Assembly (NCBI GenBank): GCA_002269645.1
Contig: NIVC01000137.1
Coordinates: 627,688-691,687, forward strand
Origin: Macrostomum lignano
Taxonomy: Eukaryota
DNA length: 64,000 nucleotides
Reading direction: 5' to 3'
This document shows positions 17,225 to 29,934 of this stretch, in pieces (position 1 is the first letter of the stretch; each line of letters opens with the position of its first letter). The notes under the pieces were generated by a model that saw only the letters and a program-made list of their open reading frames with translations, did not search any database and had not been told where the DNA came from. The translations under genes were made by a program, and so were the position numbers.

Positions 17225-18530
17225 CCTCGAACCTAGGGCCAGGAAGAGGAAGACCTCAAAGAACAGGAGCGCATTCTTCTGACCCCGAATCTCTGAATCA
17301 GTGCACTTGCTCACTTATTCACCATGACAGTTTTATGTATAAAATTTGGCTTATAAAATCTGGGGGTTACCTATGTGGGCGGCCATAGGAATCCAATTGG
17401 ATTTTGGCGCCCGGAATTAAAATTTTTGATTTACACTACGGGACACAAGGACGAAACTAAAATAGAAAAAGCAATGTTTGGTTGAACTCTATACTTTCGA
17501 ATTTAAGTTTGGACTATATCGAGACTAGCTAGTGACTTGTTCTTACAAAATCTCCCACTCGAGTATGATGATCGAATTATGACTGTATCGGTCGGTATGA
17601 GAGGATTGGTACCTCTGGTGTTTAAATAACCAGGTAACCCACAAACAATTTATTTAGCTAATCACACGCACATTTAATGTCTATCCGATAGTCAAACAGT
17701 TTTGATAGAAATGCAACCTTTTCGATTCCAGATCTTGAACTGAGACCCCACCGAACTTCATTTCGAACAATCTTAATGGTGTTACAGCAGCTTACCGTAC
17801 ATAAGGATAAACTACAAAGATTCCGTGCTGCAAGTTGACAACAGAACCAAAATAAACTGGATTTTACAACCCAGCTAGCTAGCAACGAAAAAATATCAAA
17901 CTGCTAACGCTGCAAAAGTCAATAAGTTATTACGCTTGCCCTCTGAAATCAGTGAATTGGAAGCGTCGAACCGATTCAGAAACAGATAGCAGACTACCCG
18001 TCTATCTGATGGATTGAAGTTTTCCACAGTTTAAAACAAATTCATATTATTAATCTTCAACATGACACTAATAACTGATTCCTTTAATTTTTTCATTCAA
18101 TGAAAAGAGAGAATGTTTTTCTTCAAGGTCTCATATTACGCCATAGATTGATTACCAGAACTGGTGGGCGGTGAGTCGGTCGTTATTTCGTAGTTGAGAA
18201 GCCTATTAGCTGAAATCCGATTTAGAAAATCTCTATAACTCATTGGGATAGCAACTAAGCGGTAACTCGTAAAAACTTCAGCCCAAAAGGTTACCAAAAG
18301 TCTGAGCCATCCCTTTGTAGATTCAGCTCAATCCTTCATACTTGCCTTTTGACCAATGGGAGCACGACACGGCTCACAGCGAACTACTGGTTGCTGAAAC
18401 ATATATAGGATTTTTTGCGGAGGAAACATGATCAGAAATTTCGGCATTGTTCGAAATTAAATCTAAGATACTATTAACCTTGAGTCTGAGAGTAATACTC
18501 ACAAAAACAAACAATAATTCTGTTAAAATC

Positions 18531-19268
18531 ATGAAATTTAATTTCGTGCTCCTTCTTCAAGGAATTATCAGCCACCAGTTGCTGCCAGCCCTGGCCCAGC
18601 TGTGCCCCGCGCCGTTCAGCCTTGAGGCGGGAAAATGCATATTCGTGAACAAGGTGAACAGAGTCAGCTGGTGCGAGGCCAACCGGCAGTGCGCCATGAT
18701 CGGAGGCGAGCTGCTCAACTCGTACAGCTCTCTGCAGCTGCTCAGCAGCATGCCGAGTTTCGCCTGCAGCAGCTGCCACATCTGGTTTGGAGTGACCGAC
18801 TTGGCTGATGAGAGGTCTTCGAGCCGATCGGGCTGGCTGATGGTCAAAGACAACGGCGTCATGCCGCTAGATAACTCACTGTGGGGTGCTTCAACTGAGC
18901 CAAACGGAGGCACCGGCGAAAACTGCGTAATACATTTGTCGCATGGAAAAATCGGAAACTACTTTTGTCCTCGCTCACTCGGATTTGCTTGCGAGTGGAA
19001 GCCGAGGACTTCTCAGACGCATCTGAATTTTGAACTGACTCCGTTCAAGCGGACCAGCTACCATGCCAGCACTGAGTACTGCTACTCTGACCTGACCAAT
19101 GTTCATTCCGAGCTGGCTTGTGTCATGTCAGCTTTCAATTCTGGCAACTGCAGACACGTGCTGTACAACAGCAAGCTGAGAGCCTGCCGCCTGCTGCTGT
19201 TCACCGACGCTCAGGTGGAGGCGGAGATCGAGACGAGCGCCGACTGGGTCAAGTTCAGCGTGTATTGA
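18531..19268 (+). CDS. C-type lectin + PAN-like, copy 2 (245 aa)
   Basis: ATG at 18531 begins the signal peptide MKFNFVLLLQGIISHQLLPALAQ; EPN motif; paralog of copy 1. Confidence 0.9.
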   Translation: MKFNFVLLLQGIISHQLLPALAQLCPAPFSLEAGKCIFVNKVNRVSWCEANRQCAMIGGELLNSYSSLQLLSSMPSFACSSCHIWFGVTDLADERSSSRSGWLMVKDNGVMPLDNSLWGASTEPNGGTGENCVIHLSHGKIGNYFCPRSLGFACEWKPRTSQTHLNFELTPFKRTSYHASTEYCYSDLTNVHSELACVMSAFNSGNCRHVLYNSKLRACRLLLFTDAQVEAEIETSADWVKFSVY

Positions 19269-20663
19269 GAATTGCGTGATGTCAGTTGATGCCGATATCA
19301 TATCGAAGAAATATTACTTTAATCCTGAGAAACGATAAAAACTAAAAACGCAAACTTGTTATCTGTAATACAACCTTCGAATCCTAAGCTATATACACGG
19401 AAAAACTATTCAAAAGTATACTCGTTTTCTTCTTTTTTTGCTTTTTTCTTCGAGCAATATACAAAGGTGATTTTCTATCATTCATCTATCATTGAGACCC
19501 GAGCGCCGCTTTTTGCTTTTTCTTAAGAATTACTTAAAATGACAGACCGTGATAACCAGGGTCGCATCGATGTGGAGGAAATTATACCTTTAATAGACTG
19601 TCAGTCATTAAAATACTTGCGCTGCATTCAAACGTTTACAAGTGTCTTCCATGCATTCTAAACTATATTCGTTTTATTTTATCTGCAGAATCATTGGTTC
19701 ACTCAGCAAAAGTTTCAGCATACATCAGTAAACGATCCTAAGCTTTAAGAACGTCAGTTCTCAACTTTCCTTTCTCTGTTCTTGCAACGCCCACACGTCC
19801 AGGATGCTTTTCGGCTTTAGTTAACGGCCTTCAATTATTCCTTTACAATGTACTAAAACTCCTTTTAGTAAAAAGTCTATGCAGTTGGCAAGAAGGCAAG
19901 AAAATTCCCGGCGACGGACAACAATGGCGAAGTTTTTAATTGCCTTTAGATCCTTAGACTTTAAACAAGAGTTTTCTCAAACAGGCTGGTTTCCGTGTGA
20001 TCTCAATGATTTATTAATGCTTTAGCCGAAGCTGCCAGTGAAGTGGCTTTAGTAAACAATAGTGCTGTCAGCTTATGCACTGGAGTCTAGTGAGAACAAT
20101 GGCAGTAGGAAGTAGTTCCTTGTAGGCAAGCTTGTTGTCCGTAGAAGTGCAGCAGAGAATAATGAGAAAAAGAGAGCCTCACTGGCCCAAATCTCGCAAG
20201 CGCGCACTGAGATTCAATGCATATGCGCAGGATACTGAAAAGTTGAAGAAGATAAAGAACTCTGCTGCGTTTGAAAATTCGCTCCACGGGACAGAAATCC
20301 CTCACAATTCAAGTGTAAAATTCACAGTAGGGTTGGCATCTGCAGAGAGCATCCCGATCCCATAACCAGTGCTACGTCAATTCTTCCCATTCCGCTGACT
20401 CCTGAGCTCAAACAAGCGCGCGGATGTACAGCCGCCCTGACTGACTATCGGCAGAAAGCTCCATCTGATCTTTGAATGAGGTTTGATCAACCTACTAAAG
20501 ATTACGGTAGAAACTCAGTAGGAAAAAATGAGAAAGATCTTCGAGTAGTTCGGACTGGTCTAGAGGTTTATGACAGTGGCAAAAGGCTTGTGTGAATGAG
20601 ACAAGCACAGGAGTCAATTAAAATGTTTTATCAAATACCTGCGTTCTTGTTAGCAAACACAAG

Positions 20664-20974
20664 TAAGGGGTTGTAGCCTAGTGGTTAGAGCGTCTGACTC
20701 ACGACTTAAAGGTCGGGTTTTCGATTCCTGATCCCACTGGAACAATTTGTTTCCTTGAGCAAGACACTCAACTCTGAATTGCTTCAGTTCACCCAGCTGT
20801 AAAATGGGTGCCAGCATTAGCTGGGGTAATTGAGGCTGCGTGTGGCGACCCCCTCCAGTCCTTGGACTGAACAGCCGTACGCAGCCTTCAGATGCGCCGC
20901 GAAAATAGCTGCGGCTGAGCTGTCGGTTGCACATCTGGCCCAATTAGGTCAGGTGTAATCAATTATGATTATTA
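20664..20974 (+). mobile_element. Same SINE family, copy 3, full length with a 14-bp target-site duplication
   Basis: TSD ttagcaaacacaag at 20650-20663 and 20975-20988. A box tagcctagtgg, B-box-like ggttttcgattcc, tail aattatgattatta. Confidence 0.9.
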
Positions 20975-21031
20975 TTAGCAAACACAAGCAATCTGCGGCC
21001 CCTGTTTGGACGACAACAGAAAAAGACTTTA

Positions 21032-22571
21032 TTAATTAACTACATGTACGTTTTGATCTTGTACAGTCCCTATTGTTTATTTCTCAAGACAAATATGATG
21101 TTTAACGCAAAAAAGCAAAAGCCCAAAAAGCCTAAGATATCAGCATCCCTTTGAGCTTTAGAACTAAAGCCTCCCTTTAAGTTATAGCTTAACCCTAACT
21201 CTCTATTAGATGCTTGGCCAACACCAACAGCTTCCATCTCAGTATCTGGCATCTCAGCAACCCCCCTTATGAGCCACAGCATTTCAGCAATCCCCTCATG
21301 AGTCTTGACGTCTCAGCCACCCCCCCATGAGCCACAGCATTTTGCTAGGTACCAGTGCAGTTCAGGAAACGAATCCATGTAACTATTGAAGACGTCGATT
21401 TAGTTAGAAAACAGGACTATACGAAATATCAGAGAACTTAGCAGAATATCAAGCCCTTAAAGGATGAAGAGTGAATAATCAATTAATAGGCCGATTTAAC
21501 AAACTAATTTGTTGCATAAATTTCAATATAAGACAGATCCTTCTATTTTTAAGCGTCCCACCGGTGCCGGAGGCAAACTCTTGCAAATACTAACTGCTAC
21601 ATATAGATATCTTATTTGAGTTTCACAACCGGATCTGAATATTGCTCAAACACTGAAACGTAACCTAAGTTCAGATGGGAAAAATGAATCTTACAGAAAT
21701 TTGCACACATTTTTCTACATTTCTGTATAAATCTGCGTGGGTGTCAACTGCTGGTATACAGACCAGGCCACGTATGGCTTGTGGAGAATACAAAAATTTA
21801 TATTGGGTATACTTTTTTTCCAGGAAGTCAAGATGCTGGGATGTCAAGGCTTTTGTTGGGGGAAATTGCTGAGATGTCAAGTCTTTGGTTGGGGGAAATT
21901 GCTGAGATGTCAAGTCTTTGGTTGGGGGAAATTGCTGAGATGTCAAGTCTTTGGTTGGGGGAAATTGCTGAGATGTCAAGTCTTTGGTTGGGGGAAATTG
22001 CTGAGATGTCAAGTCTTTGGTTGGGGGAAATTGCTGAGATGTCAAGGCTTTTGTTGGGGGAAATTGCTGAGATGTCAAGGCTTTGGTTGGGGGAAATTGC
22101 TGAGATGTCAAGTCTTTTGTTGGGGGAAATTGCTGAGATGTCAAGGCTTTTGTTGGGGGAAATTGCTGAGATGTCAAGGCTTTTGTTGGGGGAAATTGCT
22201 GAGATGTCAATGCTTTTGTTGGGGGAAATTGCTGAGATGTCAAGTCTTTGGTTGGGGGAAATTGCTGAGATGTCAAGGCTTTTGTTGGGGGAAATTGCTG
22301 AGATGTCAAGTCTTTGGTTGGGGGAAATTGCTGAGATGTCAAGGCTTTTGTTGGGGGAAATTGCTGAGATGTCAAGGCTTTTGGGGGGTATTGCTGTGAT
22401 GTCAAGTCTTACGGGGGAATGCTGAGATGTCAAGGCTCACGGGGGAATGCTGTGATGTCAAGGCTTACGGGGGAATGCTGAAATGACAAGGCTCACGGGG
22501 GAATGCTGAGATGGCAAGGCTAATTGTAGGAGAGGGCCTAATTATAGGAGGAGCTACATGTAGTTTATTAA
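21032..22571. mobile_element. Putative foldback/non-autonomous DNA element with inverted subterminal repeats and an internal minisatellite
   Basis: Left end ttaattaactacatgta versus right end tacatgtagtttattaa (inverted, 1 mismatch). Repeats at about 21225-21345 (catctcagcaacccccc) are the reverse complement of the ggggga..gctgagatg units at 21835-22520. No TSD was established. Confidence 0.5.
21835..22520. repeat. 33-bp minisatellite (ttgggggaaattgctgagatgtcaaggctttt/g), about 17 units plus a degenerate tail
   Basis: Visible directly. Confidence 0.97.
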
Positions 22572-23890
22572 AAAAATTATTGATTCTATGCTGCCTCTTA
22601 CTTGCCTCTTGCCTCTTAGATCATTCGAATCTACATGTATTAATTGAGTTATGAGTAACCTTATTTTACACATGTAAAATCGTATATTTGTGTATAGTAA
22701 AAGCAAGCGCCTAAAGAAGCCTTTGTTTTTTACCTATGGGTGAGCTGAGCCAACGTTTACCTTTTAATATTCGTAAATCTCACAGAAAAGCTCTCTTCAA
22801 TAAAGCAATCTAAGATCGTAGCTGTATCTGCGATGCAAATTCACAAAGAAAAGAAAAGAATAGCCGAAGACTTCCTCAATATACGCTCGTAGAATAATGA
22901 GAAAGCTTTTCATTGTCTTTGCGGATGTTTTTTCATCAAACATTCTCCCAAAAAAGCAGATTCCTTAGTTAGTGCAATGACTGTTTCAGGTAGACCGCCA
23001 CTGCAGTAGCATGCCTGCAGCCACTAGGCAATTCCTCATTAATTAAGAAGTACAATGACAATACGCTCCTAGAGCCATACCATACCCATGAAAACACTTC
23101 TTTATGCGACGTACTACTTTTACTCGTTAGTAGATTAACTCGCATAGCAGCTTATTTTGAGTCACGATAGATAAATTCCCTAGCATAAAGACTGATTCAT
23201 TTTCAAATGCCTGTATCCATGTTTCTAAATTTCCATCCTTAGTTGAAAAGTTAACACTCCCGTGACCATTGAATGCATTCAACTTGGGAAAATGTTCAGA
23301 GAAAACGTCGAGGGCAAGTTCACCACATCGCTATGATTTGTCGTTGCTCAGGCATGCAAAGTTGAAACAATAATTAAAAGTTGCATAGTTGCTTTACGTC
23401 CGAATGCTTAAGTTATAAGTTTCATGAAAACGTACGAGCATAACTAGATTAGCTTTATTTAATCAAAAATAATGTTGTTCAAACCGCAGATAGAACAGCT
23501 AATTAGTTCACATAAAAAAATTGCACCTACCTCATTTGGCAAAAGTTTAAGCCAGCCTTAAAATTGGCATGATGGAATCTTTCAAATTTCTTCTTTTGGA
23601 TGTACAATAATACGAGCAGATGACGAAAGTTGTGAGTTCCCAGAATATTTTAGCTCCATGTTTCATTCTGAAGCTGGCCATTTAAAAATAAGATTTTGCA
23701 TACCTAATAGACTTCTATTACCCAGAAGTAGCGCTTGATGTTGCTTTAGCATTATTGACCAATAGGAAGCAGAAGCAGCAACCCAGAAGTTAATGATTTC
23801 ATGGCGCTGCAAAAAAGGTATAAAATAGTTGAATCCTTTAAACACCTTTAAAATAAAAATCGAATCAGTCACGCTCACAGCATCGACACA

Positions 23891-24637
23891 ATGTTGTTGA
23901 ATTATCTGCTGATTTTTCAGGGCTTTCTTAACAGCCAGCTGCTGCGAGCCCTGGCCCAGCTGTGCCCCTCGCCGTTCAGCCTTGAGGCCGGGAAGTGCAT
24001 ATTCGTGAACAAGGTGAACAGAGTCAGCTGGTGCGAGGCCAACCGGCAGTGCGCCATGATCGGAGGCGAGCTGCTCAACTCGTACAGCTCTCTGCAGCTG
24101 CTCAGCAACATGCCGAGTTTCGCCTGCAGCAGCTGCCGAATTTGGTTTGGAGTGACCGACTTGGCTGACGAGAGATTCTCGAGCAAGTCTGGCTGGCAGA
24201 TGATCAACGGCAACGGCATCATGCCGCTAGATAACTCACTGTGGGCTTTTTCATCTGAGCCAAACAGAGACACCATTGAGAACTGCATAGTGCATTTGTC
24301 CTATGGGAAATTTGGCAATAGTCAATGCGCGGCTAAGTATGGATTCGCTTGCGAGTGGATTGCTACGTCCCCTGAGTCACAATCTGATTTCGCCTCGTGG
24401 AAGCGAACTCCGTTCATGCGTACCAGCTACCATGCCAGCACTGAGTACTGCTACTCTGACCTGCTGCAGGTTGGCAACGCAATGAAGTGCGTAGCGGCTG
24501 GCATGAGATCGGGCAACTGCAGACACGTGCTGTACAACAGCAAGCTGAGAGCCTGCCGCCTGCTGCTGTTCACCGACGCTCAGGTGGAAGAGGAGATCGA
24601 GACGAGCGCCGACTGGGTCAAGTTCAGCTTGTTTTGA
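23891..24637 (+). CDS. C-type lectin + PAN-like, copy 3 (248 aa)
   Basis: Signal peptide MLLNYLLIFQGFLNSQLLRALAQ; EPN; paralog of copies 1 and 2. Confidence 0.9.
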   Translation: MLLNYLLIFQGFLNSQLLRALAQLCPSPFSLEAGKCIFVNKVNRVSWCEANRQCAMIGGELLNSYSSLQLLSNMPSFACSSCRIWFGVTDLADERFSSKSGWQMINGNGIMPLDNSLWAFSSEPNRDTIENCIVHLSYGKFGNSQCAAKYGFACEWIATSPESQSDFASWKRTPFMRTSYHASTEYCYSDLLQVGNAMKCVAAGMRSGNCRHVLYNSKLRACRLLLFTDAQVEEEIETSADWVKFSLF

Positions 24638-26314
24638 GCAAGACGAAATCTTGCAGTACATCTCAATGTAGCAAATAACATTGCTACAATTTTAATAAGT
24701 AAATTTTAAGTGTTCGAAGACAAACAGATCCAAACATACTTTGGTCTCCTGAATTTCAACTATACAAAACTAACATAATATCGAGAATTTCTGTACGATC
24801 TAGTCTATTAAAGTATACTGAATATATGAATTTGTATATGCATATTGTAGTAGGGCATATAGCTTAAGAAGGGGTAACGCAGATTTTATTTGACGCTACT
24901 GACAGCAGGTTTCGTTGCCGAAATGTCAATATAAACGTATAGAAAGCACATCATTTGATATTCGAAGCTTTTTACTTTTGTTGATTTCTGTTATGGTCGT
25001 ACCTGCAGTTAAAAAAGTCATCGTATTCACGTAATTCCAACGCATCAAAACATTGAATCACGCCTCCAATTCTGCTTTATTCAAAAAGTCTTGCTTAGGA
25101 CTTTACAGGGAAAAGGTAGTTATGAAACACAATACTTGAAACGCAAAAGAACACTGATATCTTGGGCCTTATTGCAAATATTATAAGTTATTTGTAGCAG
25201 CTAACAACAAATCATTCGATACCTCTTGAAAGTTCCAGTGTACGTCAGCGGCATTCTCATTTTTTACAGCCTGGACACCCATAGGATTTAAGCCGTACGC
25301 TTTTAGCCATCGTCAGTGAAGTCGTGTTTGAGCTACTTCTCTCAAAACCTTGTAGAAGTCAGTTAGAAGCCAAGAAAACAAGGCAAGGCGCTCAAAGTCT
25401 CCGCGACGGAGAACAATGACGATGGTTTTTCATTGTCTTGCTTGCAGAATTGTTTCACGGTTTAGCGCAGAGAAAAATGGGAAAAAGTTTTTTTGTCACG
25501 AAGGTGGAATTTTGCATGAGCGAAATGATTTATTCATCATAAAAGGTTTTAATTGTGGTAGCTCTCTTCCGTGAATAGCAATACTTAAGATCTAATATGC
25601 TTGTGCATTTTTTACTTCTCAACTTTGGGCAGAAAAAAGTGTACTGTGTACTAATTGGCTATTGGCTAAGCACGGTGATGCTTAGCCGACTGCAGAGACC
25701 GACTGCTAAGTGCGTGGGCTGCAAAAATGTAGCACAGAGTAGAGAGGGAATCGGGCTAAGTCAAGTCACATTACAAAACTCTGTCGTCTCACAGTCCCTT
25801 ACTGTACAGTTGGCCCTGTGTGCTTATATTGAAATCACGTGCCCGGGGATCCCCTTGCCTTCTTAAAGCCAAGCATTGATGTCAGTTGCTAAAAAAAGAT
25901 ACCGTGTCACGCGAGATCTTTCCTGCTCTGGTGCAATGGAGTTCACTAGGCTATAAGTGCCATTCCTCTAAGTTCCTAGCGAGTGCATGAATTTTCAAAT
26001 CTAAAAATGTCTGGATCAAGTGATCATCTTCAACCCAGACTCCCAGAGGATAACACTGCCCTCCCAAACCACCCACTGAGTCCAGCAGGATCTGCTGACT
26101 ATTAGTCTGAAATCGCAAATCCGCCTGAAGTAAGGCTTCCGATCGAAGAGATGAAGCACAAATTAGGTGCAAATACGTTCGTACTTCACGGACGAAGACT
26201 AAACCCCCAAAAACCCTAAATAGTTCAGTATTAAGATTATGAGGATGAAGTACACGGCTAGATTTTGCTCACAAAATAAAGAGCTCATTCACGATTCGAG
26301 TAGTGCTCTTTTTA

Positions 26315-27373
26315 TGAAGGAACCTCCTCATTTTATGGAGGTTCACTGAAGAGTTTAAGAGTGGTGATCAGTCCCTCGAAAACTCCCACTTCTAGACACT
26401 GGAGAACAATTGTGCCTGGGTATATCAAATAACTCTTACTGCAGCGGATCCTTGAGTAGCTTTTAGACCCCTTGGTTTGACTTAGGTGACTCGTTACTTC
26501 CGGGAATCCTTGACTTTTATCTGTGGGTCCGACCAAAACAAGAGCGAATCAGAAGTCTGGACGGTCCTCGAGCTCGGAATTAACGATAGAACGTGCGCCC
26601 TAATAAACAAGTGAATTTTCTGAGTTCTGCTATAGGTCCTCCTGAAGGGCGTCTTCGTTATGTCCGAAACGTAACGGAAAACTCAAATTAATCAGCAAAT
26701 AATCTAGGATATATATCCTAGGAAACAAGGAGGCCTTTCTCAGATTCATCGACCATAAACCGCTCTCGTTAATCAACTTATTAATGCTAGCAACAAAGAA
26801 CTAAATCCTGTAAACGCTAACCAATTGGACAAGTATCGTCTCTCAGAGATTGGTCTCCTTTCTTCTTCCCCAGAGTCTTCTTTGAGACCGCTCTAAGTCA
26901 GAATTTTTTACTCGGATTTTCACTTATATTTATAGCAAAATTTTGGGGATAGCCGGTTTGGATCGGATATTTACTGGTCATACATGTTTGATTAAGCGGT
27001 CATGCATGTTTGAGCATTACCTTATATGGAATTGAGCAAATACAGCTGCTAGAATTCTGTTCCTCGATCAAACAAACATTGGTCCTACGTGGTATTCTGA
27101 GTAACTATTTGCGCGCGACTCTAGGTTGCAGATTAAAATATACTTTCCTAGAGTATTACTTTAAGTAGCTCATTACGGCATGGTTTTAATAATTCTCTAC
27201 ATTAAGTTAAAGATAATTTCTACCTCTCTCTACCCGAAGCCTACAGAAAATACCGCTTAATTTCTACTGGTTAGTAGACACAAACTGGTTATTGTGTCTA
27301 CTTCATGGTTGTAAAGAACTCTATTAGACTCAAAGATCTGTGATAACTGTTGGACGACTAACAGTTCCTAACA
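26315..27373 (-). mobile_element. Solo-LTR-like insertion (about 1.06 kb) interrupting the duplicated intergenic block
   Basis: Bounded by tgaaggaac...gttcctaaca (TG...CA with short inverted ends). Absent from the homologous blocks at 30.4-30.6 kb and 35.1-35.2 kb. TATA-like tataaatataag on the minus strand. No TSD seen. Confidence 0.45.
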
Positions 27374-29637
27374 CAGCTCTGTAACAAAACGCTTCGCAAA
27401 CTGTGCTACGCAGCCAAAAAGACGTTTCTAGTCAATAGTTACTCCATCCAGTACTAAATCCGGCTCTTTAGCAGTCATAATCCAAATCTGCTTATTCTGT
27501 TAACAAAATTCTCTCATTCTTGTGCTGTTTGTCAGGTCAAAATTTGACAGATCGAGTTTGTCACTTTAGTTACTAAGCAGCCAACTAACTAATACTCGAA
27601 AATTTCGTGGGCAACACTCAGCCGGCTGTTCAACTCTTTTCTTCGCTTTTTTTCATTCTCAATGCATTTTTACGATCGGCTTATCCCGGAAAGATTCCAA
27701 GTCTATAGAGAGGTTTTCCAATAAATTAGAAAGTGCATTCTTCCGTGATCCCAGCGACTTACTTGTCGCTGAAGTTGTCTTCAGAAATGCTTGAATAGAC
27801 AGGGGCCCAGCAGATGGAAAATTTTCCCTGGGAGACTTCAAGTCCCTGTTATCTGGTAGCCCAAAGCGAGATACTATATTCACTCTTACTAGAATAACAG
27901 CACAAAACTCATGCAAAAATATAGCTCCTAGAAAAACCTGCTCGGGTCTTGATGCAAGAGTCGCATGACATTCTTGGTGTTTCGACCAATGAGAGAGCAA
28001 GTAGTAAGTCATTTCTAAATTCAGACTTGAAAATTTGCGTCAGAAATGTGAAATGCAGGATGCAAATAAGAAAGAGCGTAGTATCTTCCACCAGGTCTTG
28101 GCCCCCAGTTACACCCAAGTGGCCTAGCTGCATGAGCTGGCGGCCATGCCCATGATGGCCAATAGGATCCGCGCCCTGGGCGTAGGCTGGCTCCCTAGAG
28201 CTGCCCGCAATCGCCCTCCAGTGCTGAACCTCCTGTGGGACAGCCTGAAAAGGCGACAAGTCAATGGACAACCAACAACCCACAACCCGCCCTAGACTAG
28301 CTAAGTTAACGACCCCAAAATTTTGGTGTTAGCACAACCAGCGACTTATTCCCTCCTCTCTCTCTCTCTATCATTATAAAAGTTCTTTCTTCCTCTGCTT
28401 TTTCGACTCCCTCTCCCCTTGTTCTTCCTATCAGCCGTCTGTTATTAGCGCACTATTCAAACAAATTGCTAGACTAAACAAAACTATACGAGCGTACTAA
28501 CGAATACACTAATAGCGGCGAGGGCTGGATACGGCAGGGGTGCCCAGGACCCAGCAGTTTTTCATGCAGTACAGGCAGTATTTAAGAATGCAGTGCAGTG
28601 TGTTTTTCACTTGTGATTGGCTTCTGTCTTGATGATTCGCTGTTTTTATATATCTTCTGTTACAATCCAATTTTTATACACTTGCTTTTTTACATCTGCT
28701 TTTTATCTCTATTTTTGCTTCCGAGATTTCGTTTATGCAACACAAATGCTGCTTTTATTTATGCTTTTACCTCACCAATGTTTTTATTTCTATACCTAAT
28801 TAGGCTGTCTGTGGAATGTAAATGCCCCTATTTCAACTGTCTGTAAGTAGTCTAGTGTAATCGATTCAGGAAATCGTTTCCCAAAACATAAAAAGAGCTT
28901 TCTAAAATTACCACTACAAGACTTCTCTAACTGGCCTAACTACCTGATTAGCAGACACTGATATCCTGGCATTTCTTGGTTTGTCAAAATTACACATTCG
29001 GCGTATTCACAAAGTTTTGCTTCGGACTTCAGAACAAAAAATATTTTACAATGTCGTATAGCGGTTTATTTAAATAGTTCGCGTTCAGACGGCTAATTAT
29101 ACTCGTATATTTATTTTTACTTCACGATTCGAAACCTTGACAATCTATATAATTAAACTTGGCATTAACTAAGGAATAACAAAGACTATTACTAATAGAA
29201 ATACATGCACCAATCAGGAGGCGGTGCAAAACGACGGGAAAAACAGGAGAGAGAAGAGAAGTACACAATTAAATTCTACCCGCGGTTTAAATACCATACA
29301 AATTTTTGGAACCATACAGTAAAACAAAGGTAATCATCAAGGTAATAATCAAAATTTAATACAAATAAAAAATAGATAATAACAAATACACTATATATAA
29401 ATATAATTAAATCTACATCGTTACAGTCGAAAGTAAAAAGCGAAAAATTTACTGCCATATTCTTGGAGCAACCACCCAATCATTCGTTTAGCTCACAAAA
29501 GTTTTAGTATCGTCTGCTGCATTCTCATTCCTTATAATTCGACATTATAAATCGAAACGTTAAATTCTTGCTTCTGCTACTTCTCTCAAAACCTTGTAGA
29601 AGTCAGCTAGAAGCCAAAAAAACAAGGCGCAGAGAAC

Positions 29638-29934
29638 CATAGGCGTAGGAGGGGGGGCAGTGGGGCCATAAAGTGGGGGGGGCAGTAATGGTATCTGGCC
29701 CCTCCACATTTTAAATGCAAAATGTAGTCTTTTCACTTAGTTTTTACTCTTTTTTTGGGTTTTGGCTACTTCGCATGAACTTTAAAAATGTCATTGACAT
29801 CATAAGCGACATGTCTTCCAAAAAACCCTCCCCAGGGATTAGGGAATTTTTTGGGGTAATTGGATTCCCTAGTCCTTTGCTAAAAGATGGCCCCTGCCCC
29901 CCCCCCCACTTTTTGAAACGTTCCTACGCCTATG
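29638..29934. mobile_element. MITE with TIR cataggcgtagga...tcctacgcctatg (297 bp)
   Basis: Perfect 13-bp TIR with G-rich/C-rich subterminal arms; absent from the homologous blocks at 25.4 and 34.6 kb. TSD not evident. hAT-like termini is an inference. Confidence 0.75.

Noticed and set aside
16066-17388. 364-440-aa repeat ORFs in several frames (LILAPQA, GTHFGAA, MSACGAK)
   Set aside because: A 21-bp unit without stops is open in many frames on both strands, so this is not evidence of coding. The same applies to the ORFs over the 21.7-22.4, 33.0-33.7, 39.2-40.1, 44.3-44.8, 49.7-50.0 and 55.2-55.8 kb arrays.
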